From NCBI RefSeq assembly GCF_009914755.1, contig NC_060941.1: a stretch of 64,000 nucleotides of DNA; one strand, 5' to 3'. Numbering within the stretch: the stretch's first letter is position 1; each line of letters begins with the position of its first letter. The translations under genes and the position numbers were made by a program. Positions 1 to 19,910 of the stretch are shown one piece after another. This stretch comes from the human T2T-CHM13v2.0 reference genome, Homo sapiens. The notes under the pieces are model-generated. The model ran no database searches. It saw nothing but the letters and a program-made list of their open reading frames with translations, and was not told the origin of the DNA.

Positions 1-1795
1 ATGGTGAAACACCATTTTTAGGAAGAAGCCTGAGTCAGTGTAGAAAGTAAAAGTTGGTCATCTGGGCTTGAGGTAAATATTCTGCCTTCACTACATATGA
101 AGTCCTGTGAGGATGGGCCCAGACAATCATAAAAGACACATTGTTTTCATTTTTTCCACCATCTCTCCCACCAGTCTTTCTCCTTTTGTAAGAAAAACTA
201 TTTGCGGTAAGAAGCCTGTCACATATCTTACCTGGAAACCACATCTTTCACAATTTATTTGTCTAATTGCTGTGGTTTTTGGATGTTTCTGATAGCAGGC
301 ACTGCTTGCTGAGCTAAAACTGCGGTGAGAGTTCATTCATTCTGGACTGGTTACTTCTGCAGCCGACATATTTGTAAAGACTTATTCAAAAGGTAATCAT
401 CCTGACGGAGTGTGAGGCAGCTGTCACCCAGTAGTTGACAGCTCAACCTTGACAGCTGGAATACTTGGGTTCCAACACTGTGAGGCTTTGGGCCCCCTCT
501 TTAATTTCTCTGTGCGGCATTTTCACATTTGTGGAACACAGATAACACCTACACACCTCATAGGATTGTTAGGAGGATTAAACTTGTTAATACAGCAAAG
601 TCCCTGGCACCTGGAGAGCACATAATAACTGTTGGTAATTTTCCTACAGGTAAAATATGGCACAAAGAGAAGTATCACATAGCAAAAGAAGTGCTAGTCT
701 TTTGATCAGTCTTACACAAATTCTCCCATACTTTTAGACAAGAATAAGCCTTCCCCTAACTCCCACTGAAGAATGCATACAATTTCATTCAGAAAAAGTA
801 TCATCTGACACAGTGGAATGAGTGAAATAAATCCTGCTGAACATGCCCAATGCTTCCCTAGCTCCTGTGGCCAACATACAATTTCAATAGGAAAGGGGAT
901 TGTTTGTAAAGACAGTTTTATAACATCTGTCACCAAACAACAGTGAAGTTCAAAGTGAAAATTCAAGATTTCACATAGCAGGCAGAGGGACTTTCAAAAA
1001 CATCTGTCCTCTCACTCCTGTTCCCCATCCCTCTTTCCTAATCAAGGTTATAATAACGCAAGCCCTCTGTAAGCTGGCACACAAGCTGACAACATGCTAC
1101 CCTGCTGAACAGTCATCAAGGAGGAAAGAAAGGCCCAGGGGGCTGCTACAACATTTCCATAAACCTCTTATCCTTAGCTAAAAAGGTAAATTTGTTCTAG
1201 AGATGCTTAAAGAAAAAACACTTGACTGGCATAACCTAGACACATGCAATACCTTTTTCCCATTTCTAGTTTTCTCAAGTATTCAGGGAATGACCATCGA
1301 CATTTTTGGAATCAGAAACAAATTGTTTCCAAAAGTGTTAAGCAGTGCTTGTCCAAAGGCCCCCATATAGCTAGTAATTTAGACAGCTGTGTTAGGAGCC
1401 ACAGAAGCTGCATTTTCTAACCAGTATTGCTTGTGAACAATTGAAACTTTCTCCAGTGCAAAGTCCAGACACAGGAAGCAGTGTTCTCCAAAAACATTCA
1501 AACAGTTTCATTATTGTTTAACTACCAAAATAACAGCTCCAATAATCTATCAAGTTTGACATTTCATCCAACTAAGCAATTAAACCAGGATGAAAAGCAT
1601 GCATGGAGAGATTTCCCTGCCTGCTCCAAATCAACACTAATTTTGACATTATAACCACAAAAACTAATAATGCATCCTCGTAGACTATTCACAAAAGGCT
1701 TCTAAAAAGCAAACACAAAAGCGTCTCGAAGAAATTGCACACCCCTAAATTTTATTTTCTGTCTCCCATCTTTAAGCATCTTAACTGTGAGTTAA

Positions 1796-2206
<411 letters not shown>

Positions 2207-2294
2207 TCAATTTACTCTTAAATATATTAAAGGTTGGCTACTGTGGGCACATTGCCTATAGGGTAGCCCTGCTCTGCAAGGAGCAGTAATTTTA

Positions 2295-2638
<344 letters not shown>

Positions 2639-2641
2639 TAA

Positions 2642-2976
2642 CAGAAGCCAGATGATGAAGGGAACATCATCGTTTGGAAAGCATCACAATAAGACGTGAC
2701 AGGACGTACCACCTTCAGAAGTCGACCTGTGGCAAATGTGGCTATGCTGCCAAGCGCAAGAGGAAGTATAACTGGAGTGCCAAGGCTAAAAGACAAACTA
2801 CCACTGGAACTGGTCAAATGAGGCACTTAAAAATTGTATACAGCAAATTCGGGCATGGATTCTGTGAAAGAACACCACCTAAACCCAAGAGGGCAGCTGC
2901 TGCAGCATCCAGTTCATCTTAAGAATTTCAACAATTAGTAACACAATAAATGTTCTGGTTTTTAAAAATAAAAATA
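2642..2976 (+). pseudogene. Processed pseudogene of ribosomal protein L37
   Basis: intronless RPL37-like sequence ([12 protein letters not shown] / [28 protein letters not shown]...AASSSS*); ATG 2652, premature TGA 2697-2699, AATAAA 2945-2950, A-rich tail. Confidence 0.93.
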
Positions 2977-3624
2977 AAATATATTAAAATAAATTATATA
3001 TATATTAAATATATATAAATTATTTATAATAATTAAATAAATTAACTATATAGTTCCTTAACTAGTCCCTAAGTATTATCAACTTTGGTTCTGACCTAGG
3101 AAACCACCAAGTCATGAAACTTCTCTCCCCAGGTAGGAATGGGAGCTCTCAGATGGTAGCTTCAGTTATAGGTGGCATGAGGAAGAAAATGATCAAGGAC
3201 CTCTGATATCAAGTTCTTAAGATGTCCTAAGAACCACTTAGAACAATGCTATTCAAAGTGTGTGTGTCAGACTGCTGGAGGCCCATTCACGTCAAGATAA
3301 AACACAGAAAATCACAGTAAGCATTTAGAAACTTTTCTAGTGCTTGACATTGCTGTGACATCCAAGTGCATGATTTTTCTGGTGATTCCCTTTTCTTGTA
3401 CTTTACACAATTATTGGCTGGCAACAGATTAGGGGTGAAGGGAAACCCTTACAAAGCTGGTCCTTCACCACAGATAGTTTAAGAAGCACAAACTTTTCAC
3501 ACTATGAAGTGCCAGTTCAGTCATTATTGTTCTGAAGGAATCAAAGTACCTTTGCCCTCATTATCTTATAGCTTCTGATTTAAAGGCAATCAGATAAACC
3601 AGCAAGGAGGCACCCTGGCATAAT

Positions 3625-3775
3625 CCAAGCTTGATCAACCCATGGCCTCCGGGCCCAACACAAATTCATAAACTTTCATCAGCTATCATTAGTGTTAGTG
3701 TATTTTATGTGTGGCCCAAGACAATTCTTCTTCTTCCAATGTGGCCCAGGGAGGCCAAAAGATGGCACACCCCAG
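3625..3775 (-). mobile_element. MER30 DNA transposon, internally deleted
   Basis: TGTGTGGCCCAAGACAATTCTTCTTCTTCCAATGTGGCCCAGGGAGGCCAAAAGAT is the MER30 reverse complement. Confidence 0.75.
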
Positions 3776-4224
3776 ACTATAATCTAATGGAAAGAGCACA
3801 AATCCACAGTAGTCAGCCAACCTAGCTTCTGGTCTGCAAGAGTCAAATAACTAGCTGGATATCCTAGTTAAGTCTGAGCCTCTTGACTTTTCTGTGCTTT
3901 AAATTCCTCCTCTGCAAAATAATAGCATTTCTCAATCTTTTTTTTTATGTGTGGTTCTTTCTCACATAAATTCTTTCTCCAAGTGGGGTCTACAGATAAA
4001 CTACATCAGAATCCCACATCTCTATCCCAAACACTTTGATTCTGTAGGGCTGGGCTAGGAACCAGGAATCTTTATTTTTTACAAGCACCTAGGAGATTTT
4101 TGATCATAGTAAAATTTAAGATCTATTGCAGTAAACATATAACCTTACTAAAGACTTCAGGAATAAAAAAAAAGGTCACGATTTGTATGTAATCTCCAAT
4201 AAAGAAGTTATTTGATTTTTATTA

Positions 4225-5237
4225 TTTTTTTTCTGGAGACAGGGTCTCACTCTGTTGTCCACACTAGAGTACAGTTGTGCAACCATAGTTCATTATAACC
4301 TCAAACTCCTGGACTCAAGCAATCCTCCCAACTCAGACTCCTGAGTAGCTGAGACTGCAGGTGCACAACACCACATCTAGCTAATTTTTTGTATTTTTTG
4401 GAGACAAGGTTTTGCTATGTTGCCCAGGCTGGTCTTGATCTCCTGGGCTCCAGTGATCTGCCTGCCTTGGCCTCCCAAAGTGCCAGAATTACAGGCATGA
4501 GCCACCAGGCCCGGCCCAGAAAATACATTCTAATATGCTTTCATAATATGTGTAATACATAACAGCAAATTTCCATTTTTCCCCATCTTAAAAAGGGATA
4601 GGCTGGGTGCAGAGGCTCACATCTGCAATCCCAGCACTTATCCCAACACTTTGGGAGGCCGAGGCAGACAGATCGCTTTAGGTCAGGAGTTCGACACCAG
4701 CCTGGCCAACATGATGAAACCCCGTCTCTACAAAAAATACAAAAATTAGCTGGATGTGGTGGCACACGCCTGTGGTCCCAGCTACTCAGGAGGCTAAGAT
4801 GGGAGAATCACGTGAACCCAGGAGGCAGAGGTTGCAGTGAGCCAAGATGGCACCACTGAACTCCAGCCTGGGTGACAGAGTGAGACACTGTTTCAAAAAA
4901 AAAAAAAAAAAGTGATGTTTGGTTGGGAAGACCAACGGTATATCAAAACACACAAACATTTAACTAGTGGCATCAAAAACTGCTTTCCTGACACGATATT
5001 CAGAACTCGAATATGGTATATCGATCCCTCCCAAATAAAACTAGAGGCTTATTTTTATGTTTGTGTTCCTGGGATTACAGGCACGCACCACCATGCCTGG
5101 CAAATTTTTGTATTTTTAGTAGAGACGAGGGTTTCACCCTGTTGGCCAGGCTGGTCTTGAACTCCTGAACCCAAGTGATCCACCCACCTCAGCCTCCCAA
5201 AGTGCTGGGATTACAGGCGTGAGCCACCGCCCAACCT
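4225..5237. mobile_element. Three Alus (-, +, partial -)
   Basis: Alu consensus motifs at ~4225-4516, 4601-4911, 5067-5237. Confidence 0.9.
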
Positions 5238-8200
5238 GTTTGTGTTGTTTCTAAAACAACAACATAAGGAGAAAGATTTCAGTCTGTTTTTTTGCTAGCA
5301 TTTCCACAAATAACAACAGAGCTATAGATAGCCTGTATCTCAAATAAAAACCTAATTAGATAGTAATTGTCAACGTATTTTCCTTTTTAATACTGCTTTT
5401 GGGTAGTGCAAGAGACATGTTGATGTGCTGTGGTGAGGATTTTATCAAGTAAATGCAATTTAAGAATCTGATGAAGATCATCTAGAGGTGAAGCTGCAGA
5501 ACTACTATCATTTTAATGTCCCCCATTAATTGGTGGGCTCACAGTCACTATTCCTCAAGCTTCTGGTCTCTAACTGTGTCAACATTTCAGAGTTGGGAAA
5601 CACTGAACTAGATCAATGGGAGTGGTGGGGATGATTCAGAATCATCTGAAGTGCTGGATTCAACCATATGGCCAAGGGTACAACAGGAAGGTGGAATGCC
5701 CTTTGACAAGCTGAGAATATTCTGACATCCCTCTTCCCACCCTCTCAGTAAACAATGGCTAAGGTATACTTTAGCTCTGACACAGAAGGATTACACAAAC
5801 TCTTCCATCAGTATATGATAAGTAGACAAACATAAGAGAATCTGGAAGATTAAGAATTCTCCACTGTGGACTGGGAAAGTCCTCATCTCATAAATTATTC
5901 CTTCCCACCCCTGCTTGCACATAATTTTAGCCCCTAACTATTCCTTTCCACCCCTTGACAAAAATCCAGATTCCTCAAACTAGCTGAATTTCAGTGGACC
6001 TACTCCTGCTAAGGCCCTAGAAAACACTCCTTCCTCTCTCTCCAAATTAGAACATTCCTTTGCCCAGCATTTTAGAATAAAGCATATGCTCTGGCTGATC
6101 TTCCACACCATGTAAAATAATAATTAGTATAGTTAAGATGGTACAATCCAACCCAACTGCAAATGGTTATGCATCTACTGACGCAAGACCTAGAAGAGGG
6201 TTGGAAGTTGATAGAGGATGAAGCTTGGTTATTTCTCAGGCACATATTTTAATCATTATGAAGGTAAAAAAGCATGGGAGGATTAGCAGAAAATGCAGAG
6301 GGTAGGGCACATAGTTTTTTGTATATTTTAGGATAAAATACGTTGATTCAATTGCCACTAAGACTATATACATGTGATCAGTACCAAGACTGGAAAGATT
6401 TTCCAAAGCAAATGAAGAGTAAAACAAGAAGAGGGTGAGGTGGGAGAGGAGGATGCACGATTTACTTAAGAAAAGCTTTTTTTCCTTTCAAATCTTTTAA
6501 CATAATCCACCAGCAGTTGCAAATAAACAATGGTGTTGATCACTAATAAGTTGCATTTAACCACTCAGAAGCCAGCAGAGCCTCCACTTGGCCTAACTTC
6601 CTGTAAGTTTCAAGATGAGTAGGCAGCATTTCTTTAAAAAGGACCAAGACAGTTAAAATGTTTCAGCAGATCATACTGGCTGCCAAGTAGTTCAAATCCA
6701 GGTGGATTTCCCCTACTCTTAGAACTAGCCACTGGTAGAAACAAGTGACTGTCCCAGGGAACACTCCACAACTCAGAGATAATGAAAACATATTTTTATA
6801 TGTAATTCTAGAAAAGGCATGTGAACATGAAAACAGAAAATGTAGGTTTAACTGTAGCATTGCAGAGCGGCAGCTTTAAAAAGTCAGATAACATTAGCTC
6901 AACAAAATCATACACTGAAGTGTGCTCAAATTCAAATTCAGCACATGGCGGTAGTAGCAGTTGAAAAACGCTGCTGAGAGAGCAAGAAGGTTTTGCTGTA
7001 TCTTTTTAGAGGAGAGGACAATGAAGAAATTACCAGACCAAGGTCACTTTTCAACCTAAAAAAAAAGTGGGGGTTAGTAGCTTTAACAGAGATAAAAACC
7101 TGTGTAGGTTATAACTCCATGAAATCAGTAGCCTGGTGAGTGTCTCTCCAAGAATCTTGCAGGAAATTAAGTGTGGATTGAGTAATTAAATGTAAAGTCT
7201 CCTTGAGAGTAACTTCAGTTATTGAAGACTATATATTTCTGTGAAACATATAGAAAAATTATGAGGAGGATTTACTAGGTATCACATCACAGCCTTTCTC
7301 CTTTCACATCAGGTTGGAAACACTATGATCTAAAAAGAATAGAACGATTTGGGAATTGTTCATTCTCTAGTCTTTGCAAAAATTCACGTGCTAGTGTAAC
7401 TGTAATATACTTAGGAGTTTCCAAAAATGGCACACATTTCCTCAAGAGATGTAGAAAAAAATAATCTCTGGGTAAAAGGCCAAACATTGTCTCTTCTGAA
7501 TGCTTAAACAGCCAATTATGTGTCTAATACATTAATTATATAAAGAGAGAGAGACTATTACAGGAAAGTTGAATAAGACATCTTAAAAAAATGTACCCTG
7601 GGGCCTAAGTCCATTCAAATGACAGTAAAATCACCCCTCAAAAAATCAGTTTTATGGAACATCTAGTATTTTAATTTTCCAGCTGCCAACAGAAATATAT
7701 AAGGAGCAGAAATTAAACTAGTTATGGCAGCAGCGCAGTGAACAAAACTTCAATTGTATTACACACTAGTTAGACATTTGCCAAACAATACAAAGGCCCT
7801 TAAGGGTGGAAACTTCTTTAGAATATAAATGATTCCCAATCAATATGAAAGAAATTAGTCTGTTTAGGTAATAAACAGATTCATGGTTTAGATGTAAAAA
7901 TTCAACTGACATCATAATTCAATATAGAAAATAAATATATAAGAAATTAATCTCTAAAATGGCTTTAAATCACTGTGATTTACATATGCTGTATCATTAA
8001 TAGGCCCTTTAAGCTGGTATTGTACTAATCAGCTTTTTTAACATCCTGCCCACAAAAGAGCTTATTCATTTAGCTAGGAGACAGGTGTTAGCAACCAGAA
8101 ACCTCTTTTAGCCTCGAGTTCCAGGGACTGGGCCTGCATCTATGATGATGATTGGCAAGTCTAAAGGAAGGACAGCTTTAAAAGAGGGAAAAGGAGGAGA

Positions 8201-9412
8201 CAGGGAACAAGAAACGAAGACCAAAAGGGAGAAAAGAAGATAATGAAAGAAATGGATGTCAGGTGCTACTTAATGAGGCCACCCTCAAAGGCTCCTAGCC
8301 TAATCTGGGCTACCGTCCAAATACAGATGGCAGAATTTGGGTAATGTTATTCATTTATTCCTGCAGATAGTAACTCTGGGTACATGCCAACACTCCACTC
8401 ATTCTAAAAAATTGTTTAAAGTGTTGCTAATTGTCCTGTGACTCATTCTTCTTACCCATATTCTCTGGTTCTTAACTTTAGTCCTCACTCTTTCATACAT
8501 TTTCTAAAAGAGCTGACTGAATAGATATTCCTGGAAAGAGATATAGAGAAAGCTGGATTTAGAAAAGCATCTTAAGCCTACAGAATAAAAATTGTGTGAG
8601 GAAGTGGGAGAAGGGACGTTTATTGAGTTGCTTACAATATACAAAAAACATATTTTTCTCTCTTCCAATCCTCCCTTGCATATTTTCCCCCTTTTAATCC
8701 ACATAACAATCCTACCAGGTATTTTCATCTTGCAGATGAAAAAACTGAAGCTCACAGAGGTTAAGTAATTTGCCTAAGGTAGCACAGCCAGGAAGTGGGG
8801 GAGTCAGAATTCAAAACCAGGTTTGTCTATACAAACAAACTACGTTAGGGATAACGTATCTAGTGCCTGAATCTGTTTTAAATCAGATGGTTCTATATTT
8901 CAGCAATTATTCTTCCTCCCATGAACTCATCAAACGGCTGCTGACTAAATTTTATTAACTATTTGTTACGCACCTATTATTTTCAATAAAGGCTTCAGCT
9001 GTGTAGAAATAAAACAGGCAAACTGACTTTATTCTAAAATTTGACATACAGAGAATTCCCAGGCATCTCTGCCATCCAACACTGATGATCATAACTAGAT
9101 TCAACTACCTATTCAGACCTCTAGTTGTTTCCACATTATCATTCATTTGTCCACTCATGAGATAAACGAAGCTACTTTCACCAAAAACCCTCCCTCATGA
9201 CTCCTGATAGATAATACAGCAGAGGAGGCCTCACTGTAAAGCAATTTACATAAAAGTTATAAAAGCTCTTTGTTATCTGTCATGACTAGGAAATGGGCTA
9301 TTCTAGCAAATCAAACATCCTGGATAGCATAACGATTCTATTAGAGGGACTACCAATTTATAAGGAATTTCAATGTGCATAATTTCACTCTAAAAATTAA
9401 AAAAAGAAAAGC

Positions 9413-13278
<3,866 letters not shown>

Positions 13279-15018
13279 GTGTTCCTATTAGATGGTACCA
13301 AGCAGAGTTATGTCAACTGGCTTGGTCATGAGAGAAGGTTTGAAAGAAATTGATTTTTAAGGTTTCTGAGAAGAGCTTTCTTTTTTTGTGCATGTTATTT
13401 TGGAGGCTGGTTAAACTGGTCGATTTAAATATTTACAACCCTTGATCCCAATGTAAACAAGAAATCACAACTGTCTACCTGATCAATATGAAAGTTTTTA
13501 ACAGGCTGGTCTTTGTAATTAGACGGGCATTAAAATGAGTGCGTCCTAGATTACATGAACATTTTCTTCAATCACAATCAAGATATTAGCCCTGCCACAT
13601 CAATCTGCAATTGTTATGAAAATATACCCAAATATTTTCAAACTTAAGAATACCTCTAAATAAACTGTAACTTCTGAATTGTACTCTAAAATTCAGAATT
13701 AGGAAATATACAATAAAAGTTCGGAAACCTTTGCCATCATCTACTTCCTTGAATGTGAAAGAGAATGTAATCAGAGAAAAGGATAAAGAAGTTGTCAAAC
13801 CTGAAATCCCCTGAACAGAAAGGAGCTGCCACGGCTAGGCTGCAGCCCTAGAACTCTGTACACAAATTCAGCCCAGTACCTTGTCCCCTGCCTACTCCCA
13901 TTCCTAGAAGAATGGTATAATAAACGGGCAGCCCGGCCCACATTTCAGTAAATTGAACTGTCACGGGGAGAATAAGGCACCCCAAACAGTTGCAGCGACA
14001 GTGGTTAACAGGAAGTCTCTCTGTCCTCCAAACCAATAATCAAAGGGATACATAAGGAACTCACTGCTTTCTTAGAAGGCCACATGCACCCCGGGATGTT
14101 TGCTCATCACGTCACTCTGGCCTTTAACCAGGGAGCAAAGAGACAGTTGTGGGTAAAACCCTATTTCCAAGCTAACAATTATCCTTCCTTATGGTAGACT
14201 GGGGGGTGCACGGTACACTCTTGATTACACAAGCAGTCTTCTTCCCCCCTAGAACAAATGACAGACCAACAAAAAGGAGAAAATGATATGCTGTTGTTTA
14301 TCTCTTCTGCCAGCCTGAACTCAAGCTCTGAGCAGACGTGCCAGCGGAGGCTCTGGCTCCCCTGGTTCGCCAGACTTCCCCATGTCTGGTCAACTGTCTC
14401 CTGGGCAGCCGGCTGAAGAGAGGCCCCATTTCCCTCTCGGTCTTGACCGCTGCCGCACAGTGGCGACCTCACACACATCGCGAACAGAGGACAACTCCCA
14501 AGCGAGGGAACAGTGGACCCTGCGGGGAGAACCGCATTCCCAAACTTCTCCATCAAACCTCCAAACTCCAAACCTCCCTCCTCCAGCCGCCTCCTCTAAG
14601 ACGGAGATAGGGACGGGCTGGTTCCTTTAAAGGGGTAAGCAGGCCGCCGCGGACCTGCCTCAGTTTCTTCTGACGTACAAAGAGGTATCTTTTCCCCACA
14701 AGCCAACTAGACCTGCCGGTCTGCAGGGCGCTTGGGGATAATCGAGGACGCACGTCTCCTGTTACTGCCCCCACAGGTGAAACGCTTTCTTTGAGGGGAC
14801 TTTTCAAAGGACAGGTGTGGGCTGCCCTGAAGGCGGGGACTTCCAGCCAGCCAAGGGCTTCCCCCCACCCCTGTAGGGCAGGGAGAGTCCCAGGCCGCGC
14901 CCCACACAGAGGAAGGGCCCCCAGACCACAGCCTGACGGCACCCGACCGTCCCCCTTCCCGTCCTTCCCCAGGCCGGGCGCCCAGCGGCCCCCAGCGCCG
15001 CCGCCGCCGCCTCCTCAC

Positions 15019-15230
15019 CTGCTGCGGCCGCCCTCCCGGCCGGCACCTAGGAGAGGAGGCGAGGGGAGGGGCCGGATCCCGGCCGCGGACGCCTCAGGCA
15101 GGGAGGCTGCGGACTCCGCCGCGGCGGCGTCTCTGGGGCTGAGGGGCACCCGGGGGCGGTCGCGACATCCTCACGGGCGGCCCCAGGAAGTCGGCCCCCC
15201 CTCCCACCCATCCCCAGCCGGCCCGGCCCG
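15019..15230 (-). other. RFFL: RFFL non-coding first exon (TSS approximate); intron runs past the window start
   Basis: consensus donor CAG|GTGAGG at 15019/15018 inside the CpG island; no RFFL coding exon seen in the window. Confidence 0.65.
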
Positions 15231-15372
15231 GCCCGGCCGCTCCCGCCCTCCGCGCGGCCCCGCCCCTGACTCGGCCCCGCCCCCTCTCGGGATCGCGCCT
15301 CCGCTCCCGCCGCGCCCGAGCCACCATAGAGAAGAGCGAGGCGCCCGGCGGCCTCGAGCGCGGCCTCCGCTC

Positions 15373-15386
15373 GCGCCCCCTGGCGG
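15373..15386 (-). promoter_or_regulatory. CTCF core motif CCGCCAGGGGGCGC
   Basis: near-perfect match to the CTCF core consensus CC(A/G)SYAGRKGGCRS. Confidence 0.7.
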
Positions 15387-16163
15387 AGCTGAGGCTCCCG
15401 ACGGCGGGGCCGGGCTGGCCTGAGCCGTGGGGCCGTAGGAGGCGTCGTTTCCCCAAAGTCGTGGGGTCGGCCGCTGCTGGTTACCTTGGTCACACAACTC
15501 TGCGGGAGGCGCCCAAGGGTCCAGGTCCAAGTTTCAGCTGGGTCAAGACCCGGCTTGGTGACCTTGAGCGAGTCCCTCAACACCTCTGAACGCATGTCAT
15601 AAAACTTTGAAAGGTGCCTGACTTTCATGTCTCATTGACTCTCTCCTCGGTGCGATGAGCAGGCGATGGTTTCCCCCGCTTCATGATTGCAGAAACCCAG
15701 CCCCACTAGGGGTTACGAGCTTATTCAGCGTCCCACAACTGGGAGGTATTAGAAGCCGGGTCTGTGGGACCTAAAAACCCATGCTTGTCCCACTCACTCT
15801 AGCACTGCCCAGTCTAAACCGCTAGGACTAGCTACTTCCCCTCAGGAAAGTCAGGAAGCTGCTGAGGAAGGCTGTGGTAGAATGAGAATGACTCAGCGAG
15901 GATCCATCCCTGCCTTTCACCCATGCACCTTTCAGCAAGGTACCTAACCTTTACGAACTCTGGTTTTCTCATCCCAGAAACGCAGGTTGGCGTGAGGATT
16001 TAGTGAGCGCATGCATGTAGCTGTGGTTAGTAAACCGCCAAGCAGCAGGGCGGCCCAGGGGATGGTTAGCCAGCGTGGGCTACGATGCCTAGTCATGAAC
16101 ATAATATTAAGTTCTAATCCTTCTTTTAAATGGTGTCTAGTGACACAATTTTCTTAGGCTTTA

Positions 16164-17745
<1,582 letters not shown>

Positions 17746-18150
17746 TTACAACCTGAAGGTTCAGTTCTGAAAGGGGGTGCACTTAATCCACTGATTGGAT
17801 CCAATAATTGAAGTTTGGATTCATGACATCCTGTGGAAATCATTTTTTTCTGGGCCCTCTGGTCCATATTACAAGCAAATCATTGGAATGCTGCTAAATA
17901 ATGTGCATATCACTGCAGCACAGAGGCCTCCGAGCTGCGTTTATCCACGCTCCTCCTTTCTCCACCTTAGGCATTACCACCGTCACTATTTTTCATCTTT
18001 ATCATGCCCTTCCACAGAGGCATTCAATAATGTACCCATTGTGCAAGCAATCCGAAATCCTTTTCAGCGAGCAATAGTATTTAGTAGTGATAAAACACTA
18101 ATTTGTCTACCAAGTGACATATTTATAGGAGCTGTTTACTTGGACATATT

Positions 18151-18156
18151 TTTATT
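18151..18156 (-). terminator. RAD51D: Candidate distal RAD51D polyadenylation signal AATAAA (long 3'UTR)
   Basis: canonical hexamer on the minus strand in unique sequence; consistent with my recollection of an extended RAD51D 3'UTR, usage not visible from sequence. Confidence 0.45.
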
Positions 18157-19822
18157 ATTTCTACTCATTTGCTAAGTACTTTCCAACGCATATTTATGAA
18201 GCACAGGCCTTTCCCCAAACAGTTGTGAAAAAATAAATCATATTATTTCTTTTATTAGTAGCAGCACGGCTTGGAAGTCCTAGTGCCCTGATTTTAGTTA
18301 TTTCTGGCAAGAGCTGGAAGAATTAATAGTGACCGACCACCTACTATGTGCCAGACTCTCTGTGAAAGGCACTTTACATAAATTATCTGTTTAATTCCCC
18401 TGAGGCATATATTTTACCAACAAAGAATGTAATTCCCCTGCAACATACACTTTACCAGTAGGACAGAGACATTACCTTGTCCAAGTAACTCGGCCAGAAA
18501 GGGACTAGCAGGGTTTTGAACTTAGATCTTTTTCCTGATTCCAAAATCCCAAATCACCATTCCATTTCACCAGCACCCCTACCAACCTCTCTGGATCTAA
18601 TAGCTTCTGTAAAATATAAAGTGTTTTTTGTTTTGTTTTGTTTTTTTAATGAGAGAGGATGTGTAGGTTACTGAGAATGGAACAGTTAGAGATAAACATA
18701 CACAGGGTGCTAACCCTAATTTTTCTATGGGAGGTTACTCTTCAAGGGATTTACTCCCTAAGAAATCAATGGAAGGATGTTTCCCAAAGAGAAGGGCCAG
18801 TACTAGTGCTGGATCCATTCCTGGAGACAGAACTGGCTACACTGTTTGCAAGAAACAGTGCAAAATATGGGATGCTTGTTTAAAAATTAAGAACTTCAAG
18901 ATGGCAACAGCAGAGCATTAAACTAAGTGCAGAGCCCTGCTAAGCATGGGGCTGTGTGACTGCACTGGTCATACCACCATGTAGCTGGGCCTGCCTGGAC
19001 AGAAGAAAGCTGTCATCAGTATCCCCCATGCATCATAAGCTTATTCATAATATGAGATTGAGTGCCTATATCATGCCTGGAAAACTATTCAGTGTTTTAC
19101 ATAAGTTACATGATCCTAAAACAACTCTATGAAACAGATATTATTTTTCCCATTTCACGGTGGATGAAACTAAGGCTTAAAGAGACTGTTATTCATCCAT
19201 TGTTATATGGCAAGTAAATGTCAAAGCTAGGACCAAGTTAGTTGAGATATAAAAAATCCTGTTCCTTGACTTTGTATCTTTGTCAGCACAGGCCCATTGT
19301 TTTCCTACAAAACTCAAACTTAAGCTGAGGCTATTATACCAAAAACTATAGAGAGGCCAAGGAAGAGCAGAGATTCAAGGGCTACTCAAAAAGTCAAATG
19401 TGCAGCAGCTGAAGTGCAGCCGTACAGCTCCAGGGCATGAGGACCTGGCAGAGAGAACTCCATCATTCATGGCAAATGTCATGGCCAATACCCAGACTCC
19501 TCCAAGACTGAAGGGTAACCCAGTGAGGTCTTTCATAAAGAGCAGCTACGTGGAACCTAAGGCATCTAACTCAGTAAAATATTGTAAATAGTCCACTAAA
19601 GTTAGGAACAAGACAAGGATGATTGTTATTGTTGCTTCTATTCTGTGTAGTACTAAAAGTCAGTTTAGCCAGTGCAATAGGACAAGAAAAAAATGATAGA
19701 AAGCATTCAGGATCACTTTGGATTAATAATATACCTAACTCTAATTTAAGGTCTATGCATCACAGAGCCTTCTCCAATGCCAAACCCCAGCACACAGAAC
19801 TAGACAGTTTAAACCTTACCCA

Positions 19823-19910
19823 GTGCTTGCTTCAGCAGCACATACACTAAAATTGGAACAATACAAAGATGATTAGCATGGCCCCTGAAATAAATTAAAA
19901 TATAAATAAA
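19823..19910 (+). pseudogene. 3'-truncated U6 snRNA retrocopy (U6 nt 1-65) with A-rich tail
   Basis: GTGCTTGCTTCAGCAGCACATACACTAAAATTGGAACAATACAAAGATGATTAGCATGGCCCCTG matches the U6 5' part; ACAGAGA box mutated to ACAAAGA. Confidence 0.92.

Larger units (their letters stand above)
14850..15530. promoter_or_regulatory. RFFL: CpG island, upstream promoter of RFFL
   Basis: very GC/CpG-rich; GC boxes GGCCCCGCCC, ETS CAGGAAGT 15184-15191, CTCF motif; RFFL assignment from known gene order downstream of RAD51D. Confidence 0.85.

Noticed and set aside
226-234. Strong minus-strand donor CAG|GTAAGA in the RFFL 5' intron
   Set aside because: No convincing acceptor or promoter found to pair with it; isolated donors are common.
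14553-15628. Several 100-210-aa overlapping ORFs at the RFFL CpG island
   Set aside because: Open in many frames on both strands because of GC content; no protein similarity recognised.
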